A stretch of DNA of 64,000 bases from an uncultured Oscillospiraceae bacterium (GTDB lineage: Bacteria > Bacillota > Clostridia > Oscillospirales > Oscillospiraceae), in NCBI GenBank assembly GCA_964401725.1, contig CAYNZM010000002.1, forward strand, positions 3,711 through 67,710, read 5' to 3'. A program made the position numbers and the translations under genes. Below, one piece after another: positions 28,767-38,547 of this stretch (the first letter of the stretch is position 1; each line of letters begins with the position of its first letter). The notes under the pieces were generated by a model, which was not told the origin of the DNA, ran no database searches, and saw only the letters and a program-made list of their open reading frames with translations.

Positions 28767-29030
28767 ATGATTACTCGCGAGGTCACTATCAACAACCAGG
28801 TGGGTCTGCATGCGCGTCCCGCCACCTTCTTCATCCAGAAGGCCAATGAGTTCAAATCCGTCATATGGGTCGAGAAGGACGAACGCCGCGTCAACGCGAA
28901 GAGCCTTCTGGGCGTGCTCTCCCTGGGCATCGTGAAGGGTACGACCATCAGCATCATTGCCGACGGTGCGGACGAAGCCCAGGCCGTCGAGACGCTGGCC
29001 GATCTCATCGACCGGGAGTTTGAAGAGTAA
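28767..29030 (+). CDS. ptsH: Phosphocarrier protein HPr
   Basis: With ATG 28767, GLHARPAT places the His at position 15. The Ser46 region is NAKSLLGVLSLG. Confidence 0.85.
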   Translation: MITREVTINNQVGLHARPATFFIQKANEFKSVIWVEKDERRVNAKSLLGVLSLGIVKGTTISIIADGADEAQAVETLADLIDREFEE

Positions 29031-29048
29031 TTTCCCAAAACCGAAAAA

Positions 29049-29081
29049 GGGTGTGCAGCCGTATGCTACACACCCTTTTTC
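29049..29081 (+). terminator. Intrinsic terminator after ptsH
   Basis: GGGTGTGCAGC...GCTACACACCC followed by TTTTT. Confidence 0.65.
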
Positions 29082-29096
29082 GTCTTGTGAGGTTCT

Positions 29097-30950
29097 ATGG
29101 ACAAGATCGCCGTTCTGAGGGAAAAAGCCAATAAGCTGCCGCTGCTGCCCGGGGTCTACATCATGAAGGACGCCGCCGGGGAGGTCATCTACGTCGGCAA
29201 GGCCAAGGCCCTGAAAAACCGGGTCACCAGCTACTTCCGGGGGGAACACCTGCCCAAGGTGGCGGCCATGGTGAGCCATGTGGACGACTTCGACGTCATC
29301 GTGGCGGCCACGGAGTTCGAGGCCCTGGTCCTCGAAAACAGCCTCATCAAGCGGCACATGCCCCACTACAACATCCTCCTGCGGGATGACAAGACGTATC
29401 CCTTCCTGCGGCTGGACGAGGCGGAGCCGTACCCGACCTTCACCATCGTCAACCGCGTGGCGGAGGACGGGGCGAAATACTTCGGCCCCTATGGCGGCCG
29501 GGGGGTGTCGAACGGCATTTTGCAGACCCTCCGCAAGGCCCTGCGCCTGCCGGACTGCGGCCGGAAATTTCCCCGGGACATCGGCAAGGACCGGCCCTGC
29601 CTCAACCTGCACATGGGCACCTGCGACGGCTGGTGCCGCGGGGAGCCGGACGAGGCCGAGTACCGCCGCCGGATCGGGGAGGCGGTGCAGATTTTGCAGG
29701 GGGACTCCAAGGACCTTCTGCGCTCCCTGGAGGCGGAGATGAACGCCGCCGCGGAGGACCTGCGCTTCGAGAAGGCCGCCCAGCTCCGGGACCGTCTCCG
29801 GGCCGTGCAGGAGCTGGCAAACCGCCAGAACGTCATAAAATCCGTCCGGGCGGACACCGACGCCGTGGGCTTCTTCCGGGGGGCCAAGACCGCCTTCGTG
29901 GTGCTGCATTATACCGACGGGGACCTCACCGGCAAGGACTTCGAGCTGATGCCGGAGCCCATGGAGGAGGACGCCCAGGCTGTGTCGAGCCTCGTGCGGC
30001 AGTATTATCTCCGCCGGGGGGCCTGGCCGAAGCTGGTGCTCCTGCCCTGCGAGATGGAGGATGCCGAGCCCCTGGCACAGCTCTTGTCTGACAGGGCGGG
30101 ACACAAGGTAGAGCTCTCCGTGCCCCGGCGGGGGACGAGACGCGCCTTTTTCGAGGCCGCCCAGCGGAATGCCCGGGAGGAGTCTGTTCGCGCGGAAACC
30201 GAATACGAACGCCGCTCCAAGACCCTGGAGTGGCTGCAGAAGATGCTGTCCCTCGATAAGCCGCCCCGCCGCATCGAGGGCTACGACATATCGAACACCG
30301 GAAACTTCGGCATCGTGGCGTCCATGACCGTGTTCGAGGACGGACGCCCCGCCAAGAGCAAATACCGCCGCTTCCGCATGAAGACCGTGGCGGGGCAGGA
30401 CGACTTCGCCAGCATGCGGGAGGTCATCTCCCGCCGGTCCCAGCGGTATCTGGACGGGGACGAGAAATTCGCGCCTCTGCCGGATGTGTTCTTCATCGAC
30501 GGCGGCCCCGGCCAGGTGGCGGCGGCGGAGGACGCCCTGCGGGAAAAGGGCATCGCGAGCGTCCCGGTCTACGGCATGGTGAAGGACGACCGTCACCACA
30601 CCCGGGCCCTGACCACCCGGGAGGGTCACGAGATCGGCATCCAGTCCAATCCCGCAGTGTTCGCCATGGTGGGCAATCTCCAGGAGGAGACCCACAACTT
30701 CGCCATCGGCTACCACAAGACCCTGCGGAAACAAACCATTGCCTCCCGGCTGGAGGACATTCCCGGGGTGGGAGAGAAGCGGCGTCAGGCGCTGCTTCGC
30801 ACCTTCAAGAGCGTCAGGCGCATCCGGGAGGCCACGGTGGAGGAGCTGACCGCCGCCGTCCCACGGAGCACCGCCCAGGCGGTATACGAATACTTCCACG
30901 GTGGGGAAACCGTGCTGCCGCCGGAGAGCGGTGGGGAGGAAGAACTATGA
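29097..30950 (+). CDS. uvrC: Excinuclease ABC subunit C
   Basis: GIY-YIG N-terminus (PGVYIMKD...VIYVGKA), a UVR domain, and a C-terminal HhH (IPGVGEKRRQALL). Confidence 0.95.
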   Translation: MDKIAVLREKANKLPLLPGVYIMKDAAGEVIYVGKAKALKNRVTSYFRGEHLPKVAAMVSHVDDFDVIVAATEFEALVLENSLIKRHMPHYNILLRDDKTYPFLRLDEAEPYPTFTIVNRVAEDGAKYFGPYGGRGVSNGILQTLRKALRLPDCGRKFPRDIGKDRPCLNLHMGTCDGWCRGEPDEAEYRRRIGEAVQILQGDSKDLLRSLEAEMNAAAEDLRFEKAAQLRDRLRAVQELANRQNVIKSVRADTDAVGFFRGAKTAFVVLHYTDGDLTGKDFELMPEPMEEDAQAVSSLVRQYYLRRGAWPKLVLLPCEMEDAEPLAQLLSDRAGHKVELSVPRRGTRRAFFEAAQRNAREESVRAETEYERRSKTLEWLQKMLSLDKPPRRIEGYDISNTGNFGIVASMTVFEDGRPAKSKYRRFRMKTVAGQDDFASMREVISRRSQRYLDGDEKFAPLPDVFFIDGGPGQVAAAEDALREKGIASVPVYGMVKDDRHHTRALTTREGHEIGIQSNPAVFAMVGNLQEETHNFAIGYHKTLRKQTIASRLEDIPGVGEKRRQALLRTFKSVRRIREATVEELTAAVPRSTAQAVYEYFHGGETVLPPESGGEEEL

Positions 30951-31477
30951 GAGTCATCACCGGAACGGCCCGGGGCCGCAAGCTCGCGGAGCCGAAGGAT
31001 CAGTCCATCCGTCCCACGACGGATATGGTCAAAGAAGCCATCTTCAGCATCGTCCAGTTCGACGTCCCCGGACGCCGAGTCCTGGACCTGTTCGCCGGCA
31101 CGGGACAGCTCGGCATCGAGGCCCTGTCCCGGGGGGCAAGGGAGTGCGTTTTCGTGGACAACAGCCCCGCGTCCCTCGCTCTCGTGCGGAAAAATCTCGC
31201 CACCTGCGGCATGGAAGCGCCGGTGATCCGCTCGGATGCCCTGCGGTATCTTTCCGGCGGCGGCAGGTTCGACCTTGTCCTTCTGGATCCGCCCTATCAC
31301 GCGGACATCTATAACGACGTGCTCCACGCGCTGTTTTCGTTTGACATCTTAAACGAAGGTGGTATAATACTTGTCGAAAGTATGCGAGGCGAGTCGCTGC
31401 CGGACGCCGAGCCGCCCTACGCCCGCGGCAGGACGTACAACTACGGCAAAATCTCGCTGACGCTGTATTCGAGGTAA
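30947..31477 (+). CDS. rsmD: 16S rRNA (guanine966-N2)-methyltransferase RsmD
   Basis: MRVITGTARGRKL, LDLFAGTGQLGIEALSRGA and DPPY motifs. ATGA overlap with uvrC. Confidence 0.85.
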   Translation: MRVITGTARGRKLAEPKDQSIRPTTDMVKEAIFSIVQFDVPGRRVLDLFAGTGQLGIEALSRGARECVFVDNSPASLALVRKNLATCGMEAPVIRSDALRYLSGGGRFDLVLLDPPYHADIYNDVLHALFSFDILNEGGIILVESMRGESLPDAEPPYARGRTYNYGKISLTLYSR

Positions 31478-31484
31478 TACCGCC

Positions 31485-31982
31485 ATGACCACCGCCATCA
31501 TTCCCGGCAGCTTCGACCCCATCACCCTGGGTCACCTGAACATCATCCGCCGCGCCGCCACCATCTTTGACCGCGTCGTGGTGTGCGTGATGAAAAACAG
31601 CGCGAAGCACTATATGTTCACTACCGACGAGCGCATCGCCCTGGCGAAAAAAGTCGTTTCCCGCCTGCCGAACGTGGAGGTGACGACGACGGAGCTTCTC
31701 CTTGCGGAGTATGCCAAGCAGTTCGAAAATCCCGTCATCGTGAAGGGACTGCGGGCGGTGTCGGACTTCGACTACGAATTCCAGATCGCCCTCATCAACA
31801 AAAAAATGAACCCGGAGCTGGATACGTTATTCCTTACCTCCAGCGAGAAATACACCTTCCTCAGCTCCACCGTCGTCAAGGAGATGGCGGCCTACGGCGC
31901 GGACCTCTCCGAGTTCGCTCCCAGCGAGATCATCGACGATATCCTAGAGAAAACAAATACCAGGAGGCAGACGCAGCAATGA
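31485..31982 (+). CDS. coaD: Pantetheine-phosphate adenylyltransferase
   Basis: PGSFDPITLGHLNII (T/HxGH motif). Length is 165 aa. Confidence 0.95.
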   Translation: MTTAIIPGSFDPITLGHLNIIRRAATIFDRVVVCVMKNSAKHYMFTTDERIALAKKVVSRLPNVEVTTTELLLAEYAKQFENPVIVKGLRAVSDFDYEFQIALINKKMNPELDTLFLTSSEKYTFLSSTVVKEMAAYGADLSEFAPSEIIDDILEKTNTRRQTQQ

Positions 31983-32479
31983 ACGAGAACGAAGGCATCC
32001 TTGAGCTTGTGGACATGCTCTACAACATGATCTCCGAGGCGTGGGGCGTTCCCCTGGGGAACGACAAATGCCTCATCGAGCGGGACAAAGCCCTGGATCT
32101 CATCGAGGAGATCAAAAACCAGCTCCCCGCGGAGATCGCCGAGGCCCGGCGTCTCGTCGCCCGCCGGGACGAATTCATCCAGAACGCCAAGCGGGAAGGG
32201 GAATCCGTCCGCAAGATGGCGGAGGAAAGCGCCCGGAAGATGGTGGACGAGCAGGAAGTCGTCCGTGCCGCCCGCACCCGGGCCGAGGAGCTCATCACCG
32301 CCGCGGAGAACCGCTCCCGGGAAGTTCGCCGTGCCATGAACGAATACGTGGACGACACCCTCAAGGGCGCGGAGGAATCCGTGGCCCACTCCCTGGACAG
32401 CCTGCGCCAGACCCGCAGCCGCTTCCGCAGCGCCGCCGCGAGCCTTCAGGGAAATCCTACCTCCCGGGAAGACAAATAA
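31979..32479 (+). CDS. Hypothetical coiled-coil protein (ATPase subunit b/H-like heptads)
   Basis: ATGA overlap with coaD. The protein is highly charged and helical (AEIAEARRLVARRDEFIQNAKREGE...). A strong terminator follows. Confidence 0.6.
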   Translation: MNENEGILELVDMLYNMISEAWGVPLGNDKCLIERDKALDLIEEIKNQLPAEIAEARRLVARRDEFIQNAKREGESVRKMAEESARKMVDEQEVVRAARTRAEELITAAENRSREVRRAMNEYVDDTLKGAEESVAHSLDSLRQTRSRFRSAAASLQGNPTSREDK

Positions 32480-32497
32480 CCCCATACCGACCCCTTG

Positions 32498-32536
32498 CCG
32501 GGCGAGACGTTTTGCAGCGTCTCGCCCGGTTTTTTG
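32498..32536 (+). terminator. Intrinsic terminator before the dcw cluster
   Basis: CCGGGCGAGACG-TTTTGCAG-CGTCTCGCCCGG followed by TTTTTT. Confidence 0.75.
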
Positions 32537-32617
32537 CGCTCTGGGCCATATCTTGTGGTCGGCTACAGGGACTGCAACTATTGGAAGAAACTTACAGAAA
32601 AAATCCGGTTTACCCCC

Positions 32618-32646
32618 TTGCATTTTTTGTCAGCACCTCTTATAAT
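32618..32646 (+). promoter_or_regulatory. Candidate dcw/mraZ promoter (TTGCAT-17-TATAAT)
   Basis: Near-consensus hexamers at optimal spacing, 72 nt upstream of mraZ. Confidence 0.6.
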
Positions 32647-32656
32647 GGACCCATTG

Positions 32657-32702
32657 GTGGGGCGAAGTGGTGTAAAGTGCACAAAAATCCCACTCAGTGG
32701 AG
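32657..32702 (+). promoter_or_regulatory. Candidate MraZ operator: GTGG-type boxes phased at 10 nt
   Basis: GTGGGG at 32657, GTGGTG at 32667, GTGCAC at 32677 and GTGGAG at 32697. They lie between the -10 element and the mraZ start. Confidence 0.4.
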
Positions 32703-32717
32703 CGGAGGTGAAGCCGG

Positions 32718-33134
32718 ATGACAGGTGAATATCAGCATTCCCTGGACGCGAAAGGCCGTCTGTTCATCCCGGCAAAGCTCCGGGAGGAGCTTGGTACGGA
32801 GTTCTATGTCACTATCTCCGCCGACACCTGCCTCTGCGCCTACAGCGCGGAAAACTGGAAGGTCTTCTCCGACAAGATCAGCGCCATGCCCTACAAGGAC
32901 CAGCGTAAAATGCGTGCGCTCCACGCCTTTGCGGCGAAATGCGAGCTGGACGCCCAGGGCCGGGTGCTGCTGCCGCAGACCCTGCGGGACTTCGCGAAAT
33001 TTGAGAAAAACGTCACCGTCCTCGGGGCAAACAACCACGCGGAATTCTGGAACAGCGACCTGTGGGCGGACATCCGTCAGCAGGAGATGTCCCCGGAGAA
33101 CATCGCCGCTCTCATGCAGGAGCTGGACTTCTGA
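32718..33134 (+). CDS. mraZ: Transcriptional regulator MraZ
   Basis: MTGEYQHSLDAKGRLFIPAKLR is followed by a second SpoVT/AbrB-like repeat (LDAQGRVLLPQTLR). Confidence 0.9.
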   Translation: MTGEYQHSLDAKGRLFIPAKLREELGTEFYVTISADTCLCAYSAENWKVFSDKISAMPYKDQRKMRALHAFAAKCELDAQGRVLLPQTLRDFAKFEKNVTVLGANNHAEFWNSDLWADIRQQEMSPENIAALMQELDF

Positions 33135-34060
33135 TGGAGCATATCAGCGTTCTTCTGGAGGAGTGCATCCGGTATCTCGCCATCCGGCCCGACGGTGTCT
33201 ATGTGGACGGCACCCTGGGCATGGGCGGTCACTCCGAGGCCATCGCCTCCCGCCTGACCACCGGACGCCTCATTTCCATCGACCGGGACGACCGGGCCCT
33301 GGCCTTTGCCGGACGGCGACTGGCTCCCTACGGGGCCCGAGTGACCCTCTGCAAGGGTAATTTCAGCGACCTTGGGGCGATTTTGGACCGGGCCGGGGTG
33401 GAGAAGGTCGACGGCATGATGTTCGACCTCGGCGTATCCTCGCCCCAGCTCGACGTGGCGGAGCGGGGCTTTTCCTACAGCAAAGACGCGCCGCTGGACA
33501 TGCGGATGGACGAATCCGAACCCCTGACGGCGGATGCCATCGTAAACGAGTGGAGCGAGGCGGAGCTTCGCAGCATCTTCTGGCGGTACGGCGAGGAACG
33601 CTATGCCGGACGCATCGCCTCCGCCATCGTGGAACGTCGGGAGAAGACCCCCATCCGCACCACCGGTGAGCTGGTGGACGTGATCCGGAAGGCCATGCCC
33701 GCGGCGGCCCTGCGGGAGAAGCAGCACCCCGCCAAGCGCTGCTTCCAGGCCCTCCGCATCGCGGTGAACGACGAGCTGGGCAGTCTCGAGCGGATGCTTT
33801 CCCAGGTTCCGGACCGGCTGAAGGTCGGCGGACGGCTTCTCGTCATCAGCTTCCACTCTCTGGAGGATCGCCTCGTGAAGGAAGCCATCCGCAGCCGGGA
33901 AAACGGCTGCACCTGCCCAAAGGATTTCCCGGTGTGCACCTGCGGATTTGTTCAGACGCTCCGCAGCGTCACCCGCAAGCCGGTATCTCCCTCGGCGGAG
34001 GAAACAGAAACAAACCCCCGGGCTCGCAGCGCTCGGCTTCGGATCGCGGAAAGGGTGTAA
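33134..34060 (+). CDS. rsmH: 16S rRNA (cytosine1402-N4)-methyltransferase RsmH
   Basis: HISVLLEE, DGTLGMGGHS, DLGVSSPQLD and SFHSLEDR motifs. Confidence 0.95.
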   Translation: MEHISVLLEECIRYLAIRPDGVYVDGTLGMGGHSEAIASRLTTGRLISIDRDDRALAFAGRRLAPYGARVTLCKGNFSDLGAILDRAGVEKVDGMMFDLGVSSPQLDVAERGFSYSKDAPLDMRMDESEPLTADAIVNEWSEAELRSIFWRYGEERYAGRIASAIVERREKTPIRTTGELVDVIRKAMPAAALREKQHPAKRCFQALRIAVNDELGSLERMLSQVPDRLKVGGRLLVISFHSLEDRLVKEAIRSRENGCTCPKDFPVCTCGFVQTLRSVTRKPVSPSAEETETNPRARSARLRIAERV

Positions 34061-34064
34061 GATC

Positions 34065-34634
34065 ATGAGCACGACGAAGAACTTCAAACGCTATAATTTC
34101 GTCACCGGCGCGGTGGACGGCACTCTGGCGTACGATTTCAGCAACCCCATGTACTTCCCGGAGGAGGAGGTTTACGAGACTCCGCAGCCGGAAGCCCCTC
34201 CCCGGCGGAAGGTCTGGGTCCGGGAGGACGCGGTGGAGCAGGCGGAGACCGCCGTCCGGACAAAGCAGGGCTTCTCGCTCCTGGCGGTGATCGGGACTCT
34301 CTGCGTCATGGCGGTGCTGGTGCTGGTGCTTCTGGCGCAGATCCAGCTCGTGGGTATCTCCCAGAATGCCGCCCAGCTCGAGAGCCGCATTTCCGAACTG
34401 CAGATCGAGCACGCCAAGCTGACCATGGAATACGAGACGGTCTTCAACCTCAAATCCGTGGAGGAATACGCCGTGGGCGTTCTGGGCATGCAGGAAGTGC
34501 AGGACGACCAGATCCGCTACCTCACCAGCGTGTCCTCCGCCGACAAGGCTGTGATCCTCGAAACCACCGACTCCCGGTTCGCGGACCTGGGCGTGGACGA
34601 CCTCCTTACCTCTCTGCTGGCATATTTCCGCTGA
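34065..34634 (+). CDS. FtsL/septum-formation-initiator-like bitopic protein
   Basis: It occupies the dcw position after rsmH. It has a single TM segment (LLAVIGTLCVMAVLVLVLL) followed by a coiled coil (LESRISELQIEHAKL). Confidence 0.6.
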   Translation: MSTTKNFKRYNFVTGAVDGTLAYDFSNPMYFPEEEVYETPQPEAPPRRKVWVREDAVEQAETAVRTKQGFSLLAVIGTLCVMAVLVLVLLAQIQLVGISQNAAQLESRISELQIEHAKLTMEYETVFNLKSVEEYAVGVLGMQEVQDDQIRYLTSVSSADKAVILETTDSRFADLGVDDLLTSLLAYFR

Positions 34635-34730
34635 GGAACGAAGTATACTGGATATTGCAGGACGGCGTAAAGTGTGCTATAATGCTTTATGTAAACTTAC
34701 CTGTTTCCGGTATTCTCAAAGGAGCGTTCC

Positions 34731-37079
34731 ATGGCTAAGACGCGCAAAACCAAGAGCGGACCCGTGTCCCCCAATACGATGATGCTTCGCCGCACACTGT
34801 TCCTTATGATCGTGTGCGGCATAGTTGCGTTTGTGGTTCTTGGCTGGCGGCTGTTCCGAATTCAAATCATCGACCACGACATGTACGAGGCCCGGGCGGT
34901 GGAGCAGCAGCTCCGGGAGACCACCGTCTCCGCCCAGCGTGGCACCATCTACGACCGGAATATGAACATCCTGGCCATGAGCGCCTCCACCCAGAACGTC
35001 TACGTCAGTCCCGCGGAGATGGAGCTCTACGACGAGGACCCGGCCGCCATCGCCGCGGCCCTCGCGGACATCCTGGACATGGACTACTATACAATCTACG
35101 AAAAATGCCTGACCCGGGGCTCCTGGTACGTCACCATCGCAAAGAAGATCGACGACGACGCTGCCGAGCGCATCCGGGAATTCAAAGCCGCCGGACACAC
35201 CTACAGGGACGAGAACGGCGCTATCGTTCTGAACAGGGACGGCACTCCCGCCATGCGTCCCTACCAGGGGGTGAAGCTGGAGGAAGCCACGAAGCGCTAC
35301 TATCCCTATTCGTCTCTCGCGAGCCATGTCATCGGCTTCGTCGGGGCGGACGACTACGGCCTTGCCGGGGTGGAATACCGCTACGACGACATCCTCGCCG
35401 GAACGAACGGACGCATCGTCCGGGCCACCACCGCCGCCGGCACAGATATGCTCTTCACGGACTTCGAGGACTACTACGACGCGGAAAACGGCGAGAGCGT
35501 GGTCCTCACCATCGACACCACGGTGCAGTACTACCTCGAAAAGCATCTGCAGCTCGCGGTGGAAAACTACGACCTGCAAAACGGCGCGGCGGGCATCGTC
35601 ATGGACGTGAACACCGGTGCGGTCCTGGGCATGGCCTCTCTGGGGGACTATGATCCCAATAACTACCTGGAGCTCAGTGAGGAGGTCCAGAAGGCCATCG
35701 ACCTGGAGCCGGACGAAGCCGTCCGGGAGGAGCTCACCGCCGCCGCCCGAAACGAGCAGTGGCGCAACAAGGCCCTCTCGGACACCTATGAACCCGGCTC
35801 CACCTTCAAGATCATCACCCTGGCCATGGGTCTCGAGTCCGGCGCTATCGATATGAGCTCCACCTTCTTCTGCTCCGGCAGCATGGACGTGGCGGGCCGT
35901 ACCGATCCGCTGAACTGCTGGAACACCGGCGGTCACGGCGCGGAGACGCTCACCGAGGCCATCATGAACTCCTGCAACGTGGCCCTTGTACATATCGGCC
36001 AGGCGGTGGGAGCGGAGCGGTTCTACGAATACGCCCGGGCCTTCGGCTTCTTTGAAAAAACCGGCATCGACCTGCAGGGAGAATCCGGCAGCATCTGGTG
36101 GGACGAGGAGACCTTCTTCGATCCCTGGAACAAGTCCCAGCTTGCCGCGGCCTCCTTCGGGCAGACCTTCACCATCACGCCTTTGCAGCTCATCACCGGC
36201 GTCAGCGCCGCGGTGAACGGCGGGCATCTGATGCAGCCCTATGTCGTCTCCCGGGTGCTGGACGAGAGCGGTACCGTCGTCAGCCAGCACGAGCCCGTGG
36301 AGGTCCGGCAGGTGGTGAGCGAGGAGACCTCCGCCCATGTGTGCGAGATCCTCGAGCAGGTCGTGGGAAATCCCCTCGGCACCGGCAAGAACGCCTACGT
36401 TGCGGGCTATCGCATCGGCGGCAAGACCGGCACCTCCGAGGACGTGGTCTACGAGACCCAGACCGGTACGAAGCGCTATATCGTTTCCTTCATCGGCGTC
36501 GCCCCCATGGACGATCCGCAGGTGGCGGTGCTGGTGCTGCTGAAATCCCCGGGACCCAACTCCACCACCTATACCTCCGGCGGTCAGATGGCGGCTCCCA
36601 CCGTGGGCGGCATCATGGCGGACATCCTTCCCGTCCTGGGTGTGGAACCCGTCTACACCGGCGACGAGGCGGATCGGGTGGACCGCTCCGTTCCCCGGCT
36701 CATCGGCAAGGACGCGGCGGAGGCCCAGGAGCTGGCTTCGGCGGCGGGCTTCGAGTTCCGCACCATCGGCGAGGGCAGCACCGTCACAGCCCAGGTGCCT
36801 CGCTCCGGGTCCACCATTGCCTCCGGCAGCGAGATCATCCTCTATCTCGGCGCGGAGCCCACCACGGAGACCTCTACCGTGCCGGACCTCATCGGCATGG
36901 ACTACGAATCCGCCCGAATCGTCCTGGGCTGGGAAAATCTATACGTAAACGGCGAAGGTGCGCTCATGAGCAGCTCCTCCTATGTCATCCGCCAGAGCAT
37001 CCCGGAGGGAACGGAGGTGCCCCTCGGCACCGTGATCACCGTGTCCCTGTCCGATACGAGCAACCTCGGCCGCTACTGA
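34731..37079 (+). CDS. Class B penicillin-binding protein (FtsI/PBP2B/SpoVD type) with two PASTA domains
   Basis: SxxK (STFK), SxN (SCN) and KTG (KTGT) motifs, with two C-terminal PASTA-like repeats. Confidence 0.9.
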   Translation: MAKTRKTKSGPVSPNTMMLRRTLFLMIVCGIVAFVVLGWRLFRIQIIDHDMYEARAVEQQLRETTVSAQRGTIYDRNMNILAMSASTQNVYVSPAEMELYDEDPAAIAAALADILDMDYYTIYEKCLTRGSWYVTIAKKIDDDAAERIREFKAAGHTYRDENGAIVLNRDGTPAMRPYQGVKLEEATKRYYPYSSLASHVIGFVGADDYGLAGVEYRYDDILAGTNGRIVRATTAAGTDMLFTDFEDYYDAENGESVVLTIDTTVQYYLEKHLQLAVENYDLQNGAAGIVMDVNTGAVLGMASLGDYDPNNYLELSEEVQKAIDLEPDEAVREELTAAARNEQWRNKALSDTYEPGSTFKIITLAMGLESGAIDMSSTFFCSGSMDVAGRTDPLNCWNTGGHGAETLTEAIMNSCNVALVHIGQAVGAERFYEYARAFGFFEKTGIDLQGESGSIWWDEETFFDPWNKSQLAAASFGQTFTITPLQLITGVSAAVNGGHLMQPYVVSRVLDESGTVVSQHEPVEVRQVVSEETSAHVCEILEQVVGNPLGTGKNAYVAGYRIGGKTGTSEDVVYETQTGTKRYIVSFIGVAPMDDPQVAVLVLLKSPGPNSTTYTSGGQMAAPTVGGIMADILPVLGVEPVYTGDEADRVDRSVPRLIGKDAAEAQELASAAGFEFRTIGEGSTVTAQVPRSGSTIASGSEIILYLGAEPTTETSTVPDLIGMDYESARIVLGWENLYVNGEGALMSSSSYVIRQSIPEGTEVPLGTVITVSLSDTSNLGRY

Positions 37080-37092
37080 TGGGAGATACCCA

Positions 37093-38547
37093 ATGAAACT
37101 GGAAGCTATACTGCGGGAGGTCCCGGTGACGGCGCTGCACGCCGATCCGGACCTTGAGATCACCGGTATCTGCTGCGATTCCCGGCAGGTTTGCCCCGGA
37201 AGTCTGTTCGTGGCGGTGGCTGGATACCAGTCCGACGGCCACCGCTTCATCCGCTCGGCCTTGGACGCCGGTGCGGCGGCGGTCCTGTGCCAGGATACCC
37301 CGGAGGAGGACGTTCCCTGCGTCGTCACGCCGGACAGCCGGAAGGCGCTGGCCCTGGCATCCGCGGCGTTCTTCGGGCATCCCGCCCGGGAGATGACCAT
37401 GATCGGCGTCACCGGCACGAATGGCAAGACCACCTCCACCATGCTCATAAAGCACATTTTGGAGCACAGCCTGGGGGCGAAGGTGGGGCTTCTCGGCACT
37501 ATCGCGAATTATATCGGCGGCGAGGTCCTCCCCGCGGAGCGCACCACCCCGGAGTCCTGCGACCTGCAGCGTCTTCTGCGGCGCATGGCGGACGCCGGAT
37601 GCACCTATGCCGTGATGGAGGTCTCCTCCCACGCCCTGTACCTTGACCGGGTGGCCGGGATGCGCTATGATGTCGGGGTGTTCACGAACCTCACCCAGGA
37701 CCACCTGGATTTCCACAAGACCATGGAAAATTACGCCGAGGCAAAATCCCGGCTGTTTTCCCGGTGCGGCAAAGCCGCGGTGAACACGGACGATCCCTGG
37801 GCGGAGTTCATGATCTCCCGGGCGGAATGTCCCGTGACGACCTTCGGCATCCGGGGCGGAGAGGACGTCGCCGCGGAGGATATTTCCTATGCCGCGGAGG
37901 GCGTGGCCTTCACCGCGGTGCATGCCGGCGAGCGGGTCCCGGTGCGGCTCGGCATCCCGGGGACCTTTTCCGTCAGCAACGCCCTCACGGCTATGACCGC
38001 GGCCCATCTCGCGGGGGTGCCCTTCCAGGACGCGGCGGAGGCCCTTTCCTCGGCCCCCGGGGTGAAGGGCAGGGCGGAGGTGGTCCCCACGCCGGGGGAC
38101 TACACCGTTGTCATCGACTATGCCCACACGCCGGACGCTCTGGAGAAAATCCTGCGGACCATGCGGGCCGTGAGCTCCGGGCGGATCGTGGCGGTGTTCG
38201 GCTGCGGCGGCGACCGGGACGGCAGCAAGCGTCCCATCATGGGCCGGATCGCAGCGGAGAACGCGGACTTCACCGTCGTCACGAGCGACAACCCCCGCAC
38301 CGAGGACCCGGAGGCCATCATCGGGGACATCCTGGCGGGCATCCCACCGGAGGCGCCGAGGATCGTTCTCCCGGACCGCCGGGAGGCCATCGCCTGGGTC
38401 CTGGACCATCACGAGCCCGGGGACGTGATCGTCCTGGCCGGGAAGGGACATGAGACCTATCAGGACGTGGGCGGCGTCAAACACCACATGGACGAGAGGG
38501 AGATCGTCGCGGAGCATCTGGCATCCGCGGCGGGACGGAAACTATGA
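37093..38547 (+). CDS. murE: UDP-MurNAc-L-Ala-D-Glu:meso-DAP ligase
   Basis: GVTGTNGKTT motif, plus the DNPR motif (TSDNPRTEDP) that indicates DAP specificity. Confidence 0.95.
   Translation: MKLEAILREVPVTALHADPDLEITGICCDSRQVCPGSLFVAVAGYQSDGHRFIRSALDAGAAAVLCQDTPEEDVPCVVTPDSRKALALASAAFFGHPAREMTMIGVTGTNGKTTSTMLIKHILEHSLGAKVGLLGTIANYIGGEVLPAERTTPESCDLQRLLRRMADAGCTYAVMEVSSHALYLDRVAGMRYDVGVFTNLTQDHLDFHKTMENYAEAKSRLFSRCGKAAVNTDDPWAEFMISRAECPVTTFGIRGGEDVAAEDISYAAEGVAFTAVHAGERVPVRLGIPGTFSVSNALTAMTAAHLAGVPFQDAAEALSSAPGVKGRAEVVPTPGDYTVVIDYAHTPDALEKILRTMRAVSSGRIVAVFGCGGDRDGSKRPIMGRIAAENADFTVVTSDNPRTEDPEAIIGDILAGIPPEAPRIVLPDRREAIAWVLDHHEPGDVIVLAGKGHETYQDVGGVKHHMDEREIVAEHLASAAGRKL

Noticed and set aside
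26229-30899. 1556-aa ORF on the minus strand spanning several genes
   Set aside because: It is antisense to mutS2, ptsH and uvrC, all of which carry strong family motifs on the plus strand. It even runs through two intergenic terminator and promoter regions. It has no recognisable domains and is a compositional artefact.
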